From positions 662-64,661 of the forward strand of contig JBKSMP010000003.1 in assembly GCA_046881885.1 (NCBI GenBank): DNA of 64,000 nt, written 5' to 3'. The notes under the pieces are model-generated. The model did not search any database. It saw nothing but the letters and a program-made list of their open reading frames with translations, and was not told the DNA's origin. Source of the stretch: Opitutales bacterium (GTDB taxonomy: Bacteria; Verrucomicrobiota; Verrucomicrobiia; Opitutales; UBA9783). A program made the translations under genes and the position numbers. This document shows, one piece after another, positions 8,784 through 22,147 of this stretch (positions are counted from its first letter, which is position 1; the number at the start of each line of letters is the position of its first letter).

Positions 8784-9767
8784 ATGGAAATTTTACCTGG
8801 ATGTTTCTTCCCAACGGAAGTCGTTTTTCTTGATAATAGTGAAATTTATTTACAGACCTTTGAACTTTTCTTTGAAAGGCATTTAAAACACATCAAACTT
8901 AAGACGTTTTCAAAGCCGCAAGACGCTTTGGATTATATTGCATCGAAACCAAAACCAAATTTTGAACAGTTCTTCCAGCCAGAAGATACGTTTTGTTCAA
9001 ATTGTTATGCAATGAAATTAAATATGTTTTCATTGCACAAAATGATTTATGATCGCAGCCGTTTTTCTCAAATTTCCACAATTATTGCGGATTATAATTT
9101 GGGGGCAGATCAGATGAATGGTGTTGAATTTTGTCAAAAGGTTGATGGTGAAAATATTCAAAGAATATTGTTTACTGAAGAACGGGGACGAAATTTTGTT
9201 ATTCAGGCATTTAATGAGAATTATATTCAAAAGTATATTTCTAAGGAAAAAGTTCATGATTTGAAGGTGATACAAGATCTTGTTCATCAATCTCAAGAGC
9301 GTTATTTCTTTGAAAATACAAAGTCGATACAAATTGCGCTTAAGCAGAATCCTGACTTTCCTTTGGCGATTTATTCTGAGGCCTTTCAATCCTATTTCCG
9401 AAGCTTTTTAGAAACAAATAATATAAGCGAATATTATTTATTAGATGCGGTAGGAAGTTATTTGATGATTGATAAGGAAAATCGCATAAAAATACTTTTT
9501 GTTCAAAACGAAGATCAATGTCGCGCTAATTATCTTGAACAAAAGGAAGAGGTCGATTCCGAACTTCGTGAAAAATTGGAAGTAGGTGAAGTGGTTTATT
9601 GTAATACAAGTTTTTGGACGCAAGAGAATAAGAAGACCAATTCACTTTTTGTTCCAGCTGAATGCATACAAGATCCTCAATCTGGCGCTAAATTTTATTG
9701 TGCTTGCTTACAGAATGTTGATTTTATTGATGCATCAAAAATTGCATTAGAGGATAATATAGCTTAA
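8784..9767 (+). CDS. Atypical response-regulator receiver-domain protein with an uncharacterised C-terminal domain
   Basis: 327 aa. CheY-like landmarks VVFLDN (acidic pocket), IIADYNLG..MNGVEF (phospho-Asp, about D103), ILFTEE (Thr), YISKEK (Lys). About 45 aa are inserted before beta3. The start lies 2 nt after the ndk stop. Confidence 0.6.
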   Translation: MEILPGCFFPTEVVFLDNSEIYLQTFELFFERHLKHIKLKTFSKPQDALDYIASKPKPNFEQFFQPEDTFCSNCYAMKLNMFSLHKMIYDRSRFSQISTIIADYNLGADQMNGVEFCQKVDGENIQRILFTEERGRNFVIQAFNENYIQKYISKEKVHDLKVIQDLVHQSQERYFFENTKSIQIALKQNPDFPLAIYSEAFQSYFRSFLETNNISEYYLLDAVGSYLMIDKENRIKILFVQNEDQCRANYLEQKEEVDSELREKLEVGEVVYCNTSFWTQENKKTNSLFVPAECIQDPQSGAKFYCACLQNVDFIDASKIALEDNIA

Positions 9768-9784
9768 ATAAGCCTAAATGAAAA

Positions 9785-9819
9785 ACCTGCAAAACCTATA
9801 CGGTTTGCAGGTTTTTTTT
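9785..9819. terminator. Bidirectional rho-independent terminator between convergent genes
   Basis: acctgcaaaacc-tatac-ggtttgcaggt followed by a T run, with an A run upstream. Confidence 0.7.
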
Positions 9820-11050
9820 ATAAATTTTTCTTCTTTTTAGGAAATGTAAACCAAAATAAAAATGTTGTTATTAAAAGTAGAAGTGCGATCACCATCAAGC
9901 TGATTTGGTAAGCTATTTTCGCAGAATAAATAGGGGTAAAATGGTCGATAATCCACCCAGATCCGGATTGTACAAAACCGCAAAACCACATAATGATCAT
10001 ATTAACAACGGCAATAGAACTTGCATTTGCTCGCGGTGGATTGAGTTCTGCACAAGTGATAAAACTGATGACTTGTCCACTGGATGCAATGCCCAATAGT
10101 CCTAATAAAACAGCAAGCCCTAAAAAGGAAACATTTTCTAATACTAAGAGCCAAAGAAACAGTATTGTTGTTGCTAATCCGCTTATAACCAAGGGCAATT
10201 TTCTTACCTTAAAGGTGTCGGAAATCCAGCCTAAAATGGGTGCTCCCAATGCCCAGCTTAAGTAGAGGATAGCTGTTAATTGTACAGCTTGGTTACTTGT
10301 GAAATTATGAATTTTGGTGAAGTAAGGAATGGACCAAAAATCTGCAAATACAGCTAAAGGCATGAAAAGGGCCCCTCCTAATAGTCCTAATGTCCAGGAA
10401 TGTCCTTTTTTAGCGACACATAGGAGATTGTCTTTACATTGGATCCAAATGTGTTTTCCGCGTGGTTTGGGTACCCAATCTGGATTGTTAGGAATAAAAA
10501 TGAGTAGTAAAAAGGTAACAAAAATTCCAAAGCCAAAAGAAAACCACCAGATGTTTTTCCAACCACAAGCCGAATTGATCCACGAAAGGGAAGATTGTGC
10601 GGCGATTGCTCCAATGAGGCCTAACGCAGTTGTGAGTCCAGAGAGCATAGCTAGGCGTTTTTTAGGAAACCAAATGGTGCATAAATACATGACGCCAACA
10701 AAACCAAAAGCGGATGAAAAGCCCATTAAAAAGCGTCCTAAGCCAAAGCAAAACAAGCTTTCAGTCGGTAATAAAGGCAGTAAACAGCTAAAGGTTAGGA
10801 TAAGGCTTGCAGGTAAAAATAATTTTCGACTTCCGCACGTATCAAATAAAGGTCCAACAACGAGTTGCATAGGAGAATAGGCCATTAAATACATGCCTAC
10901 TGCGGCTGCAACTTCTGTTGCGGTTGCTAAGAAATTAGCTTCTAATTCTGTTTCGATAACACTTGGAACGACACGTACATAATACTCGTAAAGGTAAAAT
11001 AATGATCCCGTCATCCAAATAATGTACGCTCGTAATCCTCCTTTTTTCAT
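9818..11050 (-). CDS. MFS transporter
   Basis: 410 aa with about 12 hydrophobic segments and MFS-like loop motifs. Confidence 0.75.
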   Translation of the reverse strand: MKKGGLRAYIIWMTGSLFYLYEYYVRVVPSVIETELEANFLATATEVAAAVGMYLMAYSPMQLVVGPLFDTCGSRKLFLPASLILTFSCLLPLLPTESLFCFGLGRFLMGFSSAFGFVGVMYLCTIWFPKKRLAMLSGLTTALGLIGAIAAQSSLSWINSACGWKNIWWFSFGFGIFVTFLLLIFIPNNPDWVPKPRGKHIWIQCKDNLLCVAKKGHSWTLGLLGGALFMPLAVFADFWSIPYFTKIHNFTSNQAVQLTAILYLSWALGAPILGWISDTFKVRKLPLVISGLATTILFLWLLVLENVSFLGLAVLLGLLGIASSGQVISFITCAELNPPRANASSIAVVNMIIMWFCGFVQSGSGWIIDHFTPIYSAKIAYQISLMVIALLLLITTFLFWFTFPKKKKNL

Positions 11051-11211
11051 AAAGAATAGTTCTATAAGATCCCGTTTTTGCCGTCAAGTTGAAATTTTGG
11101 ATTAAGGAATTTGTAGGGGCTGAGCTCTTAAATAGTTTGAATTTTAGCTGTCTGAAATTTTTATTAAAATAAACATTGCTTTTATATTTATTAGAGGTAC
11201 AATAAAGGCGT

Positions 11212-11544
11212 ATGAATGAGTCGTCTATCATAATTACAGGAGTGCACTTGTCTTTGACGGATGCGATTAAAAATGCAGTTAATGAAAAAATGTCAAAATT
11301 GTTTCTGCATGAGCCATCTATTATTCGTGTTCGCGTAGAATTGGTGCAAGATGTACACAAGAAGGATCAAGGAGAATTTATGGCTAAAGGCTATATTGAA
11401 ATCCAAGGCCCTGCGCTTGTGGTTGCTGTTTATTCTGAAAACCTTTACAAGGCAATTGATCTCTTACAAGATAAGTTGCAACGTAAAATTAGGCGCCGTT
11501 CGCGTTTATTAAAAGTTAAAAGAAAACAGGTTTTAGTTAATTAA
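11212..11544 (+). CDS. hpf: Ribosome hibernation promoting factor (short HPF/RaiA)
   Basis: 110 aa. IIITGVHLSLTDAIKNAVNEKMSKL ... NLYKAIDLLQDKLQRKIRR. Confidence 0.85.
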   Translation: MNESSIIITGVHLSLTDAIKNAVNEKMSKLFLHEPSIIRVRVELVQDVHKKDQGEFMAKGYIEIQGPALVVAVYSENLYKAIDLLQDKLQRKIRRRSRLLKVKRKQVLVN

Positions 11545-11567
11545 AATTTTTAGCAAGTGTCATTCTA

Positions 11568-11592
11568 AGCCTTCCTTATGGGAGGCTTTTTT
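11568..11592. terminator. Rho-independent terminator shared by hpf and the convergent MarC-like gene
   Basis: agccttcc-ttat-gggaggct followed by tttttt. Confidence 0.65.
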
Positions 11593-12178
11593 ATGCGCAG
11601 AAGCCGAGAATGCCTTGAATAATGAAGTCGGCGGAAAGTGCCAAAAGAATAATACTACTTAATTTAAATAAGATGAGTAAGGTGTAGTAGCTTAAAAATT
11701 TTGAAGACCAGGCAGCGACGAAGAAAAGGCTGTAAAAAGTTGCCATAATAAGTAGAAGTGCCAAAAATACCCAAAATGATTCGATGGAATTTGTAGCGTT
11801 TGCTTGGGCAATGAGAACGGATGAAATCGCTCCTGGGCCCGAAATCATAGGAAACGCTAAAGGTACAACAAGCATGGTTTCGGAAAATGTTTGCGAAGTT
11901 TGTGGAGCGTTTTTTAACATTTGTAATCCCATGCGACCAATGACGATTCCGCCTGCAATACGAAAAGCATCTAGATTAATATCTAACTCGGTTAGAAGTT
12001 TTATTCCAAAAAATGCGGTTATTAAAAGGATTAAGAGAGCGATATGGCAGGCTTTTCTTGATAATTCCCAGCGTTGTTGTGGGGTATAATGCGGCGTCAT
12101 TGCAACAAACAAAGCCACGTAAATAAGTGGTGCACTTGCTACAAAAAACAAACTATACGTTTTTAAAAGAAAGTGCAT
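11591..12178 (-). CDS. MarC-family (UPF0056) membrane protein
   Basis: 195 aa. FRIAGGIVIGRMGLQML and VVPLAFPMISGPGAISSVL match MarC-family signatures. Confidence 0.7.
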   Translation of the reverse strand: MHFLLKTYSLFFVASAPLIYVALFVAMTPHYTPQQRWELSRKACHIALLILLITAFFGIKLLTELDINLDAFRIAGGIVIGRMGLQMLKNAPQTSQTFSETMLVVPLAFPMISGPGAISSVLIAQANATNSIESFWVFLALLLIMATFYSLFFVAAWSSKFLSYYTLLILFKLSSIILLALSADFIIQGILGFCA

Positions 12179-12205
12179 CGCTAATTAAAAGGCTAATTAC
12201 GGTAC

Positions 12206-13981
12206 TTAATCTTCAAATGTACCGTCTGGTTTAATGCCAAGTTGACGCAATTGAGAGATAAGTTCCATTTTTTCTTGTTTGCGATTCGGTTTTTGGAAAA
12301 CTTCAAAACCAACATCCAATTGTTCAACTTCGCCTTCCAAGAACCCTTTAAACTGCCGCAAACGCGTTGGATGGCGCATTTTACGGAGCGCCTTGGCCTC
12401 AATTTGACGAATACGTTCACGGGTAACATTGAAGGTTTTTCCAACTTCTTCCAAGGTTCTGCTATACCCATCATTTAAACCAAAACGTAGCGAAAGAACA
12501 TTACGTTCGCGATCAGTTAAAGTATTTAACACTGCAAGGAATTTTTCCTTTAGCATGTTATAAGCTGTTGTATCGGAAGGATTATCAGCGCTTTTATCTT
12601 CGATGAAATCTCCAAAACAGCTGTCCTCACTTTCACCTACAGGGCTTTGCAAGGAAATCGGTTGTTGCGCCATCTTAATGATGGATTCAATGCGACTTAC
12701 AGGAACTTGTAATTCCTCTGCAACCTCTTCTGGTGTTGGGTCGTATCCTAATTCCTGTACAAGTTGTTTTTGTACCTGAATAACCTTATTTAAGGTTTCG
12801 ATCATGTGAACTGGAATGCGAATCGTTCGTGCTTGATCGGCGATAGAACGCGTAATGGCTTGACGAATCCACCACGTTGCGTATGTTGAGAATTTGTAAC
12901 CTCGGCGATATTCGAACTTTTCTACAGCCTTCATCAATCCCATATTACCTTCTTGAATGAGATCTAAGAAGGACAAACCACGATTGGTATATTTTTTCGC
13001 AATACTAATCACGAGACGCAAATTGGATTCAACCATTTCGGTTTTTGCCAAATGCGCTTCCTTCATGTGCTTGCGTACTGAACGAACAATTTCAATTAAT
13101 TCTTCTGGTTTTAAGCGCAACTCGCATTCAATTTCGTGCAAGCGTTGCTTCATTTTATCCGCATCAATAGTCTTAAACTTTACACTGTTAGCATTACGTT
13201 GAACGGAATGGAGACAGTCGTGAATCGTTTCAATTTCGCGAATAAGCGGCGAAAACTGATTTAAAAACTCTTCAAAAACTTTTAATTTAAAGCAGAACTT
13301 TTTGAAAATAGGTTTTAATTGTGCTTCATATTTTTTATAACGTGCAAATAACTTGGTGCGAGATTCTTCGTCGCTTGCAGCCAGATATTCTTGCCAAATT
13401 TTATTGAGTTGATCACCTAAGGAGTCACATTGGGCGATTAATCTTTCTAAGCCTTGATAATAATCTTCGCGACTTTCAATCTTTTTGTCGACAACAATGC
13501 GATCAAAACGTTCGTCATGACGTAATAACTTATTGGCTAAATCCCGTTGAAAATTGAGCGATAAAGCAACGGAAAAAAGCTTGTCCTGCGCAGCGTATTC
13601 TGCCTTTTCGATGCGTTTAGAAATTTGAACTTCTTGGTCACGAGAAAGCAGTGGTACTTGCCCCATTTGCTTCAAATACATGCGAACAGGGTCCTCTAAG
13701 TTCTCCTCTGCAACTTCTGCATTCTTTTCTTGTTCTGCAGCTTCTTCTTTTTGACGTTGTAATTCCGCTTCCTCACTATCGAGAATATCGATTTCTAAAT
13801 TTTCAAGAATATTGATGACATTTTCGATTTCATCGGCTTTTTTGACGCTTTCAGGCAAATGACGATTAATATCTTGAACTGTTAAGAAGCCTTGTTGTTT
13901 AGCGAGCGCAATGAGCTGGCGAATTTTTTCATTTAAAATTTCGCTTGCTTTAATAACTTTTACTTTACGTTGTATGACCAT
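12206..13981 (-). CDS. rpoD: Primary sigma factor (sigma-70 family) with a C-terminal tail of about 43 aa
   Basis: 591 aa. [27 protein letters not shown] (regions 2-3), [30 protein letters not shown] (region 4.2). Confidence 0.95.
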   Translation of the reverse strand: MVIQRKVKVIKASEILNEKIRQLIALAKQQGFLTVQDINRHLPESVKKADEIENVINILENLEIDILDSEEAELQRQKEEAAEQEKNAEVAEENLEDPVRMYLKQMGQVPLLSRDQEVQISKRIEKAEYAAQDKLFSVALSLNFQRDLANKLLRHDERFDRIVVDKKIESREDYYQGLERLIAQCDSLGDQLNKIWQEYLAASDEESRTKLFARYKKYEAQLKPIFKKFCFKLKVFEEFLNQFSPLIREIETIHDCLHSVQRNANSVKFKTIDADKMKQRLHEIECELRLKPEELIEIVRSVRKHMKEAHLAKTEMVESNLRLVISIAKKYTNRGLSFLDLIQEGNMGLMKAVEKFEYRRGYKFSTYATWWIRQAITRSIADQARTIRIPVHMIETLNKVIQVQKQLVQELGYDPTPEEVAEELQVPVSRIESIIKMAQQPISLQSPVGESEDSCFGDFIEDKSADNPSDTTAYNMLKEKFLAVLNTLTDRERNVLSLRFGLNDGYSRTLEEVGKTFNVTRERIRQIEAKALRKMRHPTRLRQFKGFLEGEVEQLDVGFEVFQKPNRKQEKMELISQLRQLGIKPDGTFED

Positions 13982-13999
13982 TCGAGAAATTTTTTGAGG

Positions 14000-15835
14000 T
14001 TATTGTTCGTTTAAACAAATAGATGTGGAAACACTAGCTAGTTCCTTTTTATATTTGATTCGCTCCATTTGATATTTTTTTACAAGTTCTGCATTGATGT
14101 TAGAACTTTTTATGATTTCTTTGTCAATGTTAGAAATGATTTTTTTTAAAAAACGCCTATAAAAGAGTTGTAATAGAAGGGTTAAGGTTTCTTGTTCAGA
14201 TTCAGTATTTAAGGGCGTTGCCAAGATTTGACACCAAATTTCTTCTTCTTGAGTTGTTAGTTGCCAATGATCGCGGTTATTCAGCGGTTCAATCCCATTT
14301 TCTGTAAATTCATTGATGATTTTTAGCAACAACTGACCTTCTGGAGAATCATTGTGAATCCAGTCGAATGCAAGAACCTGTAGGATTTGCGGTGTCCAAT
14401 GCGGTGTATGGAAAAGAAAACAAAGCAATTGCCCTTCTAGGGATTGCGTGAAAGCTTCTGTTTTAATCACTTGCTTTGCAGATGGTTGTTCAGGCACAGC
14501 TTTTGTGCCTAAACGACGAAAATCTTCTTCTAGAATTTTGGGCGGAATACTTAATTCTTGCGACAAGGCTTTTAGCAATTCAAATTGAAGAACAGCAGAA
14601 TTGCAGCGAGCCATAATGTCAAACGTAAATTGAATCACTTGACGACGTATTTGTTCTTTATCTTCGCTAAATTTAGAAAAAACATTTGCGAAAAATGGGA
14701 TAGGTAGTAAAGTTTGTTGCGTTAACGTTTGTAGACGTTCTGGATCTTTATAAAAGCTTGTATCTGGATCTTCACCATCTGCTAATAGGTAGTAACTTAA
14801 GGATAACTCGAGAGGAATTCCCAACTCCATTAAACGCATGCCGGCTTTTATTCCCGCTTTATCGCCATCAAATAGTCCGATAATAGGTAAGTCGTAACGT
14901 TTTAGAATTTTCAGCTGTTCTTCGGTTAAACCGGTTCCTTGAGGTGCTACGGTTGTTTTTAGACCGCATTCCCAACAGCGAATGACATCCAATGGACCTT
15001 CAACCAAGTAAAAATGTGTTGTTACGGGTTCAATAGATTGACGGGCTCGAAATAAATTAAACAACTCACGACCTTTAACAAAAATAGGTGTTTCGGGTGA
15101 ATTGACGTATTTAGCTTCGCGAGTAGGATCATTGGGTAAATCAAGAAAAGGAAGCAAACGTCCTGAAAAAGCAATTACACGTCCTTGGATATCGTGAATC
15201 GGTAACATTAAACGCCCTTGATAGCGGCAAACGAGCGGATACGTAGCTGATTTTGATTTATAGAAAATACCGCTTTGTTCCAATTGTTCGCGCGAAAATC
15301 CTTGTTTTTGTAAGTGTTTATAGAGTAGAGTAGGATCAACAGGTGCGAAACCCACATTAAAGCTTTTAGCCGTATCTAATTTAAATTTGCGTTCATGTTC
15401 CCAATAATTTTGAACCTTTGAGCAAATGTCCGATTTTTCCCAGAAGCATCGTTCAAAGAATGCTGCACTTTGGGTATAAATGTCGAAAAGAATCTTTTTA
15501 GACGCATAAGGGGATGAGGCTTTCTGCTTTGTGGCGTGTGCATATTCTACGGGAATATTAAAGCGGTCACAGAGCCATTCAACCGTTTCCGAAAATGTTA
15601 ATTGTTCTTTTAGTTCCAGAAAGCGAAACAGGTCACCTGCATAACCACTGCTGAAGCATTTGAAAATGTTTTTCTGTGGATCGACAAAAAAAGAAGGTGT
15701 TTTTTCATGAGAGAAAGGACTGAGGCCCTTTAAATAGTGTCCTGATGGCTTTAATTGTACATAAGGGCTGACGACATCAACAATCGAGACTTGTTGACGA
15801 ATACGTTCCAGACACTGTTGCGAAAAATAGGGCAT
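14000..15835 (-). CDS. dnaG: DNA primase
   Basis: 611 aa. EKTPSFFV zinc-ribbon region (degenerate, see findings) and TOPRIM motifs (YLVEGPLDV, LFDGDKAG). Confidence 0.9.
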   Translation of the reverse strand: MPYFSQQCLERIRQQVSIVDVVSPYVQLKPSGHYLKGLSPFSHEKTPSFFVDPQKNIFKCFSSGYAGDLFRFLELKEQLTFSETVEWLCDRFNIPVEYAHATKQKASSPYASKKILFDIYTQSAAFFERCFWEKSDICSKVQNYWEHERKFKLDTAKSFNVGFAPVDPTLLYKHLQKQGFSREQLEQSGIFYKSKSATYPLVCRYQGRLMLPIHDIQGRVIAFSGRLLPFLDLPNDPTREAKYVNSPETPIFVKGRELFNLFRARQSIEPVTTHFYLVEGPLDVIRCWECGLKTTVAPQGTGLTEEQLKILKRYDLPIIGLFDGDKAGIKAGMRLMELGIPLELSLSYYLLADGEDPDTSFYKDPERLQTLTQQTLLPIPFFANVFSKFSEDKEQIRRQVIQFTFDIMARCNSAVLQFELLKALSQELSIPPKILEEDFRRLGTKAVPEQPSAKQVIKTEAFTQSLEGQLLCFLFHTPHWTPQILQVLAFDWIHNDSPEGQLLLKIINEFTENGIEPLNNRDHWQLTTQEEEIWCQILATPLNTESEQETLTLLLQLFYRRFLKKIISNIDKEIIKSSNINAELVKKYQMERIKYKKELASVSTSICLNEQ

Positions 15836-15837
15836 GA

Positions 15838-16959
15838 TTATTTAGGGGCGAGTTGTCTGTAAAGCAGTAGTCCAAAAGCCAACATGAGTAGATTCGGGAA
15901 CCAAGCTGCCATAAGAGGCGATAGTGTGTTTTGTGTGCCCAGCATGCGTCCAATACTGCAGACAATATAGTAAACAAAAAACAAGCCAGCAGCCTTAGAT
16001 ACTCCTACCATAGGGTTTGTTCGTACTCCTTTTAGGGAAAAAGGAATTGCCAACAATACCACCATAAAGCAGATAAGTGGGCTCGATAAAATGGAATAAT
16101 ATTTAATCTGATGCTCTAGGAAACGAGGATGATTTTTCGGTACAAATGATAGAATTTCCTTTAATTCGTGTGCCCCTAAGTATTTTAGAGGTTTATGGAT
16201 GAAAGTCATCAAATTGGGATTTTCAGAACATTTAAAGGTCCATTGTTCGAAGGGCATAAAACGTTCAGGTACATACGTATGCGTATCAAAAAACCAATGT
16301 TTGCCATTCTTAAAAATCCATTCGCGGTTTTGGGCATCATAAGCGATGCTTTCAGCAGTAATACGTTCTGTTTCGTTTCCTTGTGTATTGATTTTAGATA
16401 AGCTTACAAATTTTCCGCAATTACTATATAAGCTAAATTGTGAAATATGCCACAAGCGACCTTCTTTAGCATTGTGCAAGCACAAATGGGATTGTACACC
16501 AATCGCATTGGCATTGCCTGTGCGTCGCTTTTGATCGTTGTAATCGATTTGTTGAACAATTTTTTGAGCACCATCAGATGCTTTTGGTAGTAGGTAGGCA
16601 TTAAAAATCGCCATTAATCCCATCAATACGAATGCGGCTCCCCAAAAACTGCGAGTAATTTGGAAAACCGTCATGCCAGAGGCACGCATCGCAACGACTT
16701 CGTTATGGGCTTGCATATCATTTAAAACGTAGAGTACGGAAATGAAAAATGAAATAGGAAGTACCGTACAGAAGCAATTTGGAATGATGTAGGCGTAATA
16801 TAAAAGTAGAGTTGAAAGGTCAGCGCCTCGCTCTAAGAAGTTTTTTAAGTTTTTGTACATGTCTTCAAGGAGCAAAATTCCAAGAATAAGCATGAGCGTC
16901 ACACCGAAGGTTTTTAACCATTCTTTAAGGATGTAGCGATCGATAATGATAAGTTTCAT
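15838..16959 (-). CDS. LptF/LptG-family (YjgP/YjgQ) LPS export permease
   Basis: 373 aa. MKLIIIDRYILKEWLKTF start, 6 TM segments with a large periplasmic loop. Confidence 0.8.
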   Translation of the reverse strand: MKLIIIDRYILKEWLKTFGVTLMLILGILLLEDMYKNLKNFLERGADLSTLLLYYAYIIPNCFCTVLPISFFISVLYVLNDMQAHNEVVAMRASGMTVFQITRSFWGAAFVLMGLMAIFNAYLLPKASDGAQKIVQQIDYNDQKRRTGNANAIGVQSHLCLHNAKEGRLWHISQFSLYSNCGKFVSLSKINTQGNETERITAESIAYDAQNREWIFKNGKHWFFDTHTYVPERFMPFEQWTFKCSENPNLMTFIHKPLKYLGAHELKEILSFVPKNHPRFLEHQIKYYSILSSPLICFMVVLLAIPFSLKGVRTNPMVGVSKAAGLFFVYYIVCSIGRMLGTQNTLSPLMAAWFPNLLMLAFGLLLYRQLAPK

Positions 16960-16965
16960 ATAAAA

Positions 16966-18174
16966 TCAGCGTTCTAGAATGGCGACACATTCCATATGTT
17001 TGGTTTGCGGGAACATATCAAAGGGTTGAATACATTTACAGGTATAATGTGGCGCTAAGGTTAACAAACGGTTTAAATCACGTGCTTGTGTATCGGGAGC
17101 ACAAGAAATATATGCAATGACTTTTGGGTTATACGCTAACAATTGCTTAAGAAAGTCTTCTGAAGTACCTTTGCGTGGCGGATCCATAATAACTAGGGAC
17201 TGATCAGCAGGAAAGTGGACATCTTTGAAGATAGTTGTTGCATCTCCTGAGACAAAGGCACCATTGGTTAAATGATTTTCGCTCATGTTTTTTTTCGCTA
17301 AAACAATGGCTTTTTCATCAATTTCAATGCCTAAAAAACGTTTTACTTGTTGAGCTAAGCAGATGCCAAAAACGCCAACGCCACAATACGTATCCACGAG
17401 GTATTGAATATCAGGCTTTTCTTGCAGATAATTTTTCAGGAAATTGAGGATGGCATCAAGAATGTATGGATTGTTTTGAAAAAAACTACCGGCAACAAAT
17501 TGAAATCGTAAATCTTGAACCGTAGTCTCACAGGTAGCCTTGAAATTCGTTTGAACCCCATTTATGTCTTCACGTAAGAGTAAAGTTCCGTTACGAGCAT
17601 CCGATTGTTGTATCTCTTGGCGAATTTCTGGTAAGTGGGCATTAATTGCTTCGCTAGCAATCGGACATTGAGGAACATCCACAATCTTTCGGCTGCCATT
17701 TTCCAAGAAGCCAATGGGGCAATGGGGGCCTCTTCGTTCGAAATGCGGGGTTAATTTGGTTCGATAAGCGTACGTTTTTTCAGAAGGAACAACCGGATTT
17801 ACTTTTGTCTGTACCTTACCAATCCGTTCCATGCAATCGCTGACTTGTTGTTGTTTCCAACGCAGCTGTTCTTCATAAGACATATGTTGGTATTGGCACC
17901 CACCACACTGTCCGAATAAGGGACAACGAGCTTCAATTCTTTGTGGAGAAGGCTTTAGCACTTCTACCAAATCCGCCTCAGAGTAATTCTTATGATTGCG
18001 ATAAATACGAACCCGAACCGTTTCTCCTGGAATAACGAATGGAACCATTATTGTCCAGTTATTATGACGACCAATCCCACGTCCCTCATTGGTTAGGGTT
18101 TGAATCTCAATCTCAAGTTCTTCGTGATACGCAAAGGGTTCTGCAACAAATTTTTTCGGTGGTAATCGGTTCAT
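16966..18174 (-). CDS. RlmD/TrmA-family RNA (uracil-C5)-methyltransferase with TRAM-like N-terminus and Fe-S cysteine cluster
   Basis: 402 aa. CPLFGQCGGCQYQH, SAM motif VDTYCGVGVFG, catalytic region AYISCAP. Confidence 0.8.
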   Translation of the reverse strand: MNRLPPKKFVAEPFAYHEELEIEIQTLTNEGRGIGRHNNWTIMVPFVIPGETVRVRIYRNHKNYSEADLVEVLKPSPQRIEARCPLFGQCGGCQYQHMSYEEQLRWKQQQVSDCMERIGKVQTKVNPVVPSEKTYAYRTKLTPHFERRGPHCPIGFLENGSRKIVDVPQCPIASEAINAHLPEIRQEIQQSDARNGTLLLREDINGVQTNFKATCETTVQDLRFQFVAGSFFQNNPYILDAILNFLKNYLQEKPDIQYLVDTYCGVGVFGICLAQQVKRFLGIEIDEKAIVLAKKNMSENHLTNGAFVSGDATTIFKDVHFPADQSLVIMDPPRKGTSEDFLKQLLAYNPKVIAYISCAPDTQARDLNRLLTLAPHYTCKCIQPFDMFPQTKHMECVAILER

Positions 18175-18958
18175 AAAAGGCCTCTCGAAGAAGGTTGTTG
18201 GACGAAGTCTAGAAATGTTTGTCGGATGGTTTCAAAAGATCCTTTTTCAGAGGATTTCTGAATGGTTTCAATGGCTTGTGTGCGGTTTAAGTTAGACTCA
18301 TAAAGCTGTTTAAAGAGTTGCTTAATGTAGATACGTTCTTCATCCGAAAAGCCTTGCCGTAAAATACCGATACGGTTGTAACTCTTAGCGATGGCTGGTA
18401 CCCCAAAGGCAATCATAAAGGGGGGAATATCCTTTTTTAGGAACGAATGTGCACTGAGCATGGCAAAGGTTCCAATACGGCAAAATTGATGGATCGAGGA
18501 GTTGCCACCGATATTGGCGTGATCTCCTACTTGGACATGCCCTCCCATAGCAACCTGGGCACTTACAATGATGTCATTTCCCAAGCAACAATCATGGCCT
18601 ACATGAGAAAAAGCTAGAATGTAGTTGCGATCGCCAATAACCGTTGCATCGCCGTCATTGGTGGCGGTATGAATGGACGTATATTCACGAAAGGTATTCC
18701 CATTTCCTATCTTTAGAAAACAAGTTCCGCCTTTATGTTTTAAATCATGCGTTTTAGCCCCAAGAAAACTATAAGGATAGATAACGTTATCTGTTCCCAA
18801 TGTCGTATATCCATCAATCGTAGCGTGATGTTCAACGATACAATTATCGCCAAGCGTTACATTAGGACCTATAAAAGCATACGCACCAATTTGAACGTTT
18901 TTTCCTAATTGGGCTTTAGAATCAACAATAGCTGTTGGATGAATGGCCATAGTAGTCT

Positions 18959-18962
<4 letters not shown>
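18171..18962 (-). CDS. lpxA: Acyl-ACP:UDP-GlcNAc O-acyltransferase
   Basis: 263 aa. Hexapeptide-repeat beta-helix (IHPTAIVDSKAQLGKNVQIGAYAFIG...). 4-nt overlaps with both neighbours. Confidence 0.9.
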
Positions 18963-21832
<2,870 letters not shown>

Positions 21833-21874
21833 TTTATTTCCTCCTATTAATAACGTTGACCTTTATTTTATAAT

Positions 21875-22147
21875 ATGCTTTTTTCTAAAATAGACATTAT
21901 GGAGCCTAAGAAAAGAAAAAAAACGCTCTCTTTTGAAAATTCTATAGAAAAGTTAGAAGCAATCGTAACTTCATTAGAATCAGGAGAAGTGCCTTTAGAC
22001 CAATTAGTAGAGACTTATAAAGAAGGTTTAACCTATTTACATATTTGTCAGTCACACTTAGATCGTGCTTCCATCCTTTTAGAAACCTTAGATGAAAAAG
22101 GAAGTTCGAAGGCTTTAACTTTGAGTGATGAGAACGGGTCTATTTAA
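21875..22147 (+). CDS. xseB: Exodeoxyribonuclease VII small subunit
   Basis: 90 aa. SFENSIEKLEAIVTSLESGEVPLDQLVETYKEGLTYLHICQSHL. The true start may be the ATG at 21899. Confidence 0.85.
   Translation: MLFSKIDIMEPKKRKKTLSFENSIEKLEAIVTSLESGEVPLDQLVETYKEGLTYLHICQSHLDRASILLETLDEKGSSKALTLSDENGSI

Noticed and set aside
10329-10880. 183-aa plus-strand ORF inside the MFS transporter gene.
   Set aside because: It is antisense to a well-supported membrane protein gene, and its composition is Pro/Lys/Asn-rich and not protein-like.
12193-12474. 93-aa minus-strand ORF overlapping the rpoD 3' end in another frame.
   Set aside because: It lies entirely within the rpoD coding region and tail, with no independent signals.
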